The position numbers and the translations under genes are program-made. From positions 27,765,709 to 27,829,708 of the forward strand of contig NC_052159.1 of the NCBI RefSeq assembly GCF_902713615.1: a stretch of 64,000 nucleotides of DNA, in the 5' to 3' direction. Shown piece by piece: positions 63,271 through 64,000 of the stretch (positions within the stretch are counted from its first letter, which is position 1; each line of letters begins with the position of its first letter). This stretch comes from Scyliorhinus canicula. Taxonomy: Eukaryota. The notes below the pieces were generated by a model. The model saw only the letters and a list, made by a program, of their open reading frames with translations. It was not told where the DNA came from and ran no database searches.

Positions 63271-63713
63271 GGGCAGCACGGTGGCCTAGTGGTTAGCACA
63301 ACCGCCTCACGGCGCTGAGGTCCCAGGTTCGATCCCGGCTCTGGGTCACTGTCCGTGTGGAGTTTGCACATTCTCCCCGTGTCTGCGTGGGTTTCGCCCC
63401 CACAACCCAAAAATGTGCAGAGTAGGTGGATTGGCCACGCTAAATTGCCCCTTAATAGAAAAAATAGGGTAATCTAAATTTAAAAAAATATATATATATA
63501 TTTAGAGTACCCAATTCATTTTTCCCAATTAAGGGGCAATTTAGCATGTCCAATCCACCTACCCTGCACATCTTTGGGTTGCGGGGGCGAAACCCACGCA
63601 AACACGGAGTGAATGTGCAAACTCCACACACACAGTGACCTAGAGCTAGGATCGAACCTGGGACCTCGACGCCGTGAGGCAGCAGTGCTAACAACTGCGC
63701 CACCGTGCTGCCC
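63271..63713. repeat. Tail-to-tail inverted pair of short-tail SINEs
   Basis: Plus copy 63271-~63490 inserted in the tail of minus copy ending 63713; ATATATTTAGAG duplicated. Confidence 0.88.
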
Positions 63714-64000
63714 TAGTGGGTAGCATGGATGCCTCATTGGTATAGAAGGTCCGTTAGTTTTAACAATGGCACATGTGGAGGGCACAGCGGTTAGCACTGC
63801 TGCCTCGCCACACCAGGGACCCAACTTCAATTCCCGCCTTAGGTAACTGTGTGGAGTTTGCTCGTTCACCCCGGAGCAGGGATTTCCTCCGGGTGCTCTG
63901 GTTTCCTCCCACAGTGCAAAGATGTGCGGGTCAGGTGGGGTTACGGAGATAGAGCAAGGGAGTGCACCTAGATAGGGTGATCTTTCAGAGGATCAGTGCA

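Overview
Vertebrate genomic DNA, almost certainly a cartilaginous fish (shark; dense HE1-type tRNA-derived SINEs, CR1 and L1/Tx1 LINEs). Three host genes are recognisable, all on the + strand: LIPT1 (single coding exon, 31740-32870), KCTD21 (single coding exon, 35926-36669) and ALG8 coding exons 1-10 (45453-62927, continuing past the window), with a clear U12-type minor intron between ALG8 exons 4 and 5. The first ~31 kb has no recognisable host CDS and is mostly transposable elements: a 5'-intact L1/Tx1-like LINE, a Harbinger-like element carrying only a decayed Myb/SANT ORF, a MITE with matching TIRs, a hAT-like MITE, nested Gypsy-in-L1 insertions, probable solo LTRs and many SINEs. Most notable signals: (1) two distinct Gypsy LTR families both lack a tRNA primer-binding site and instead have a post-LTR segment complementary to their own LTR poly(A)-signal region plus a small U5-end hairpin, with different sequences but the same pairing (self-priming or poly(A) occlusion); (2) a palindromic Penelope-type insertion with an intact minimal hammerhead-ribozyme core; (3) modular head/tail swapping among SINEs. 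All family assignments are from motif recognition by eye; no database search was run and repeat boundaries are approximate.
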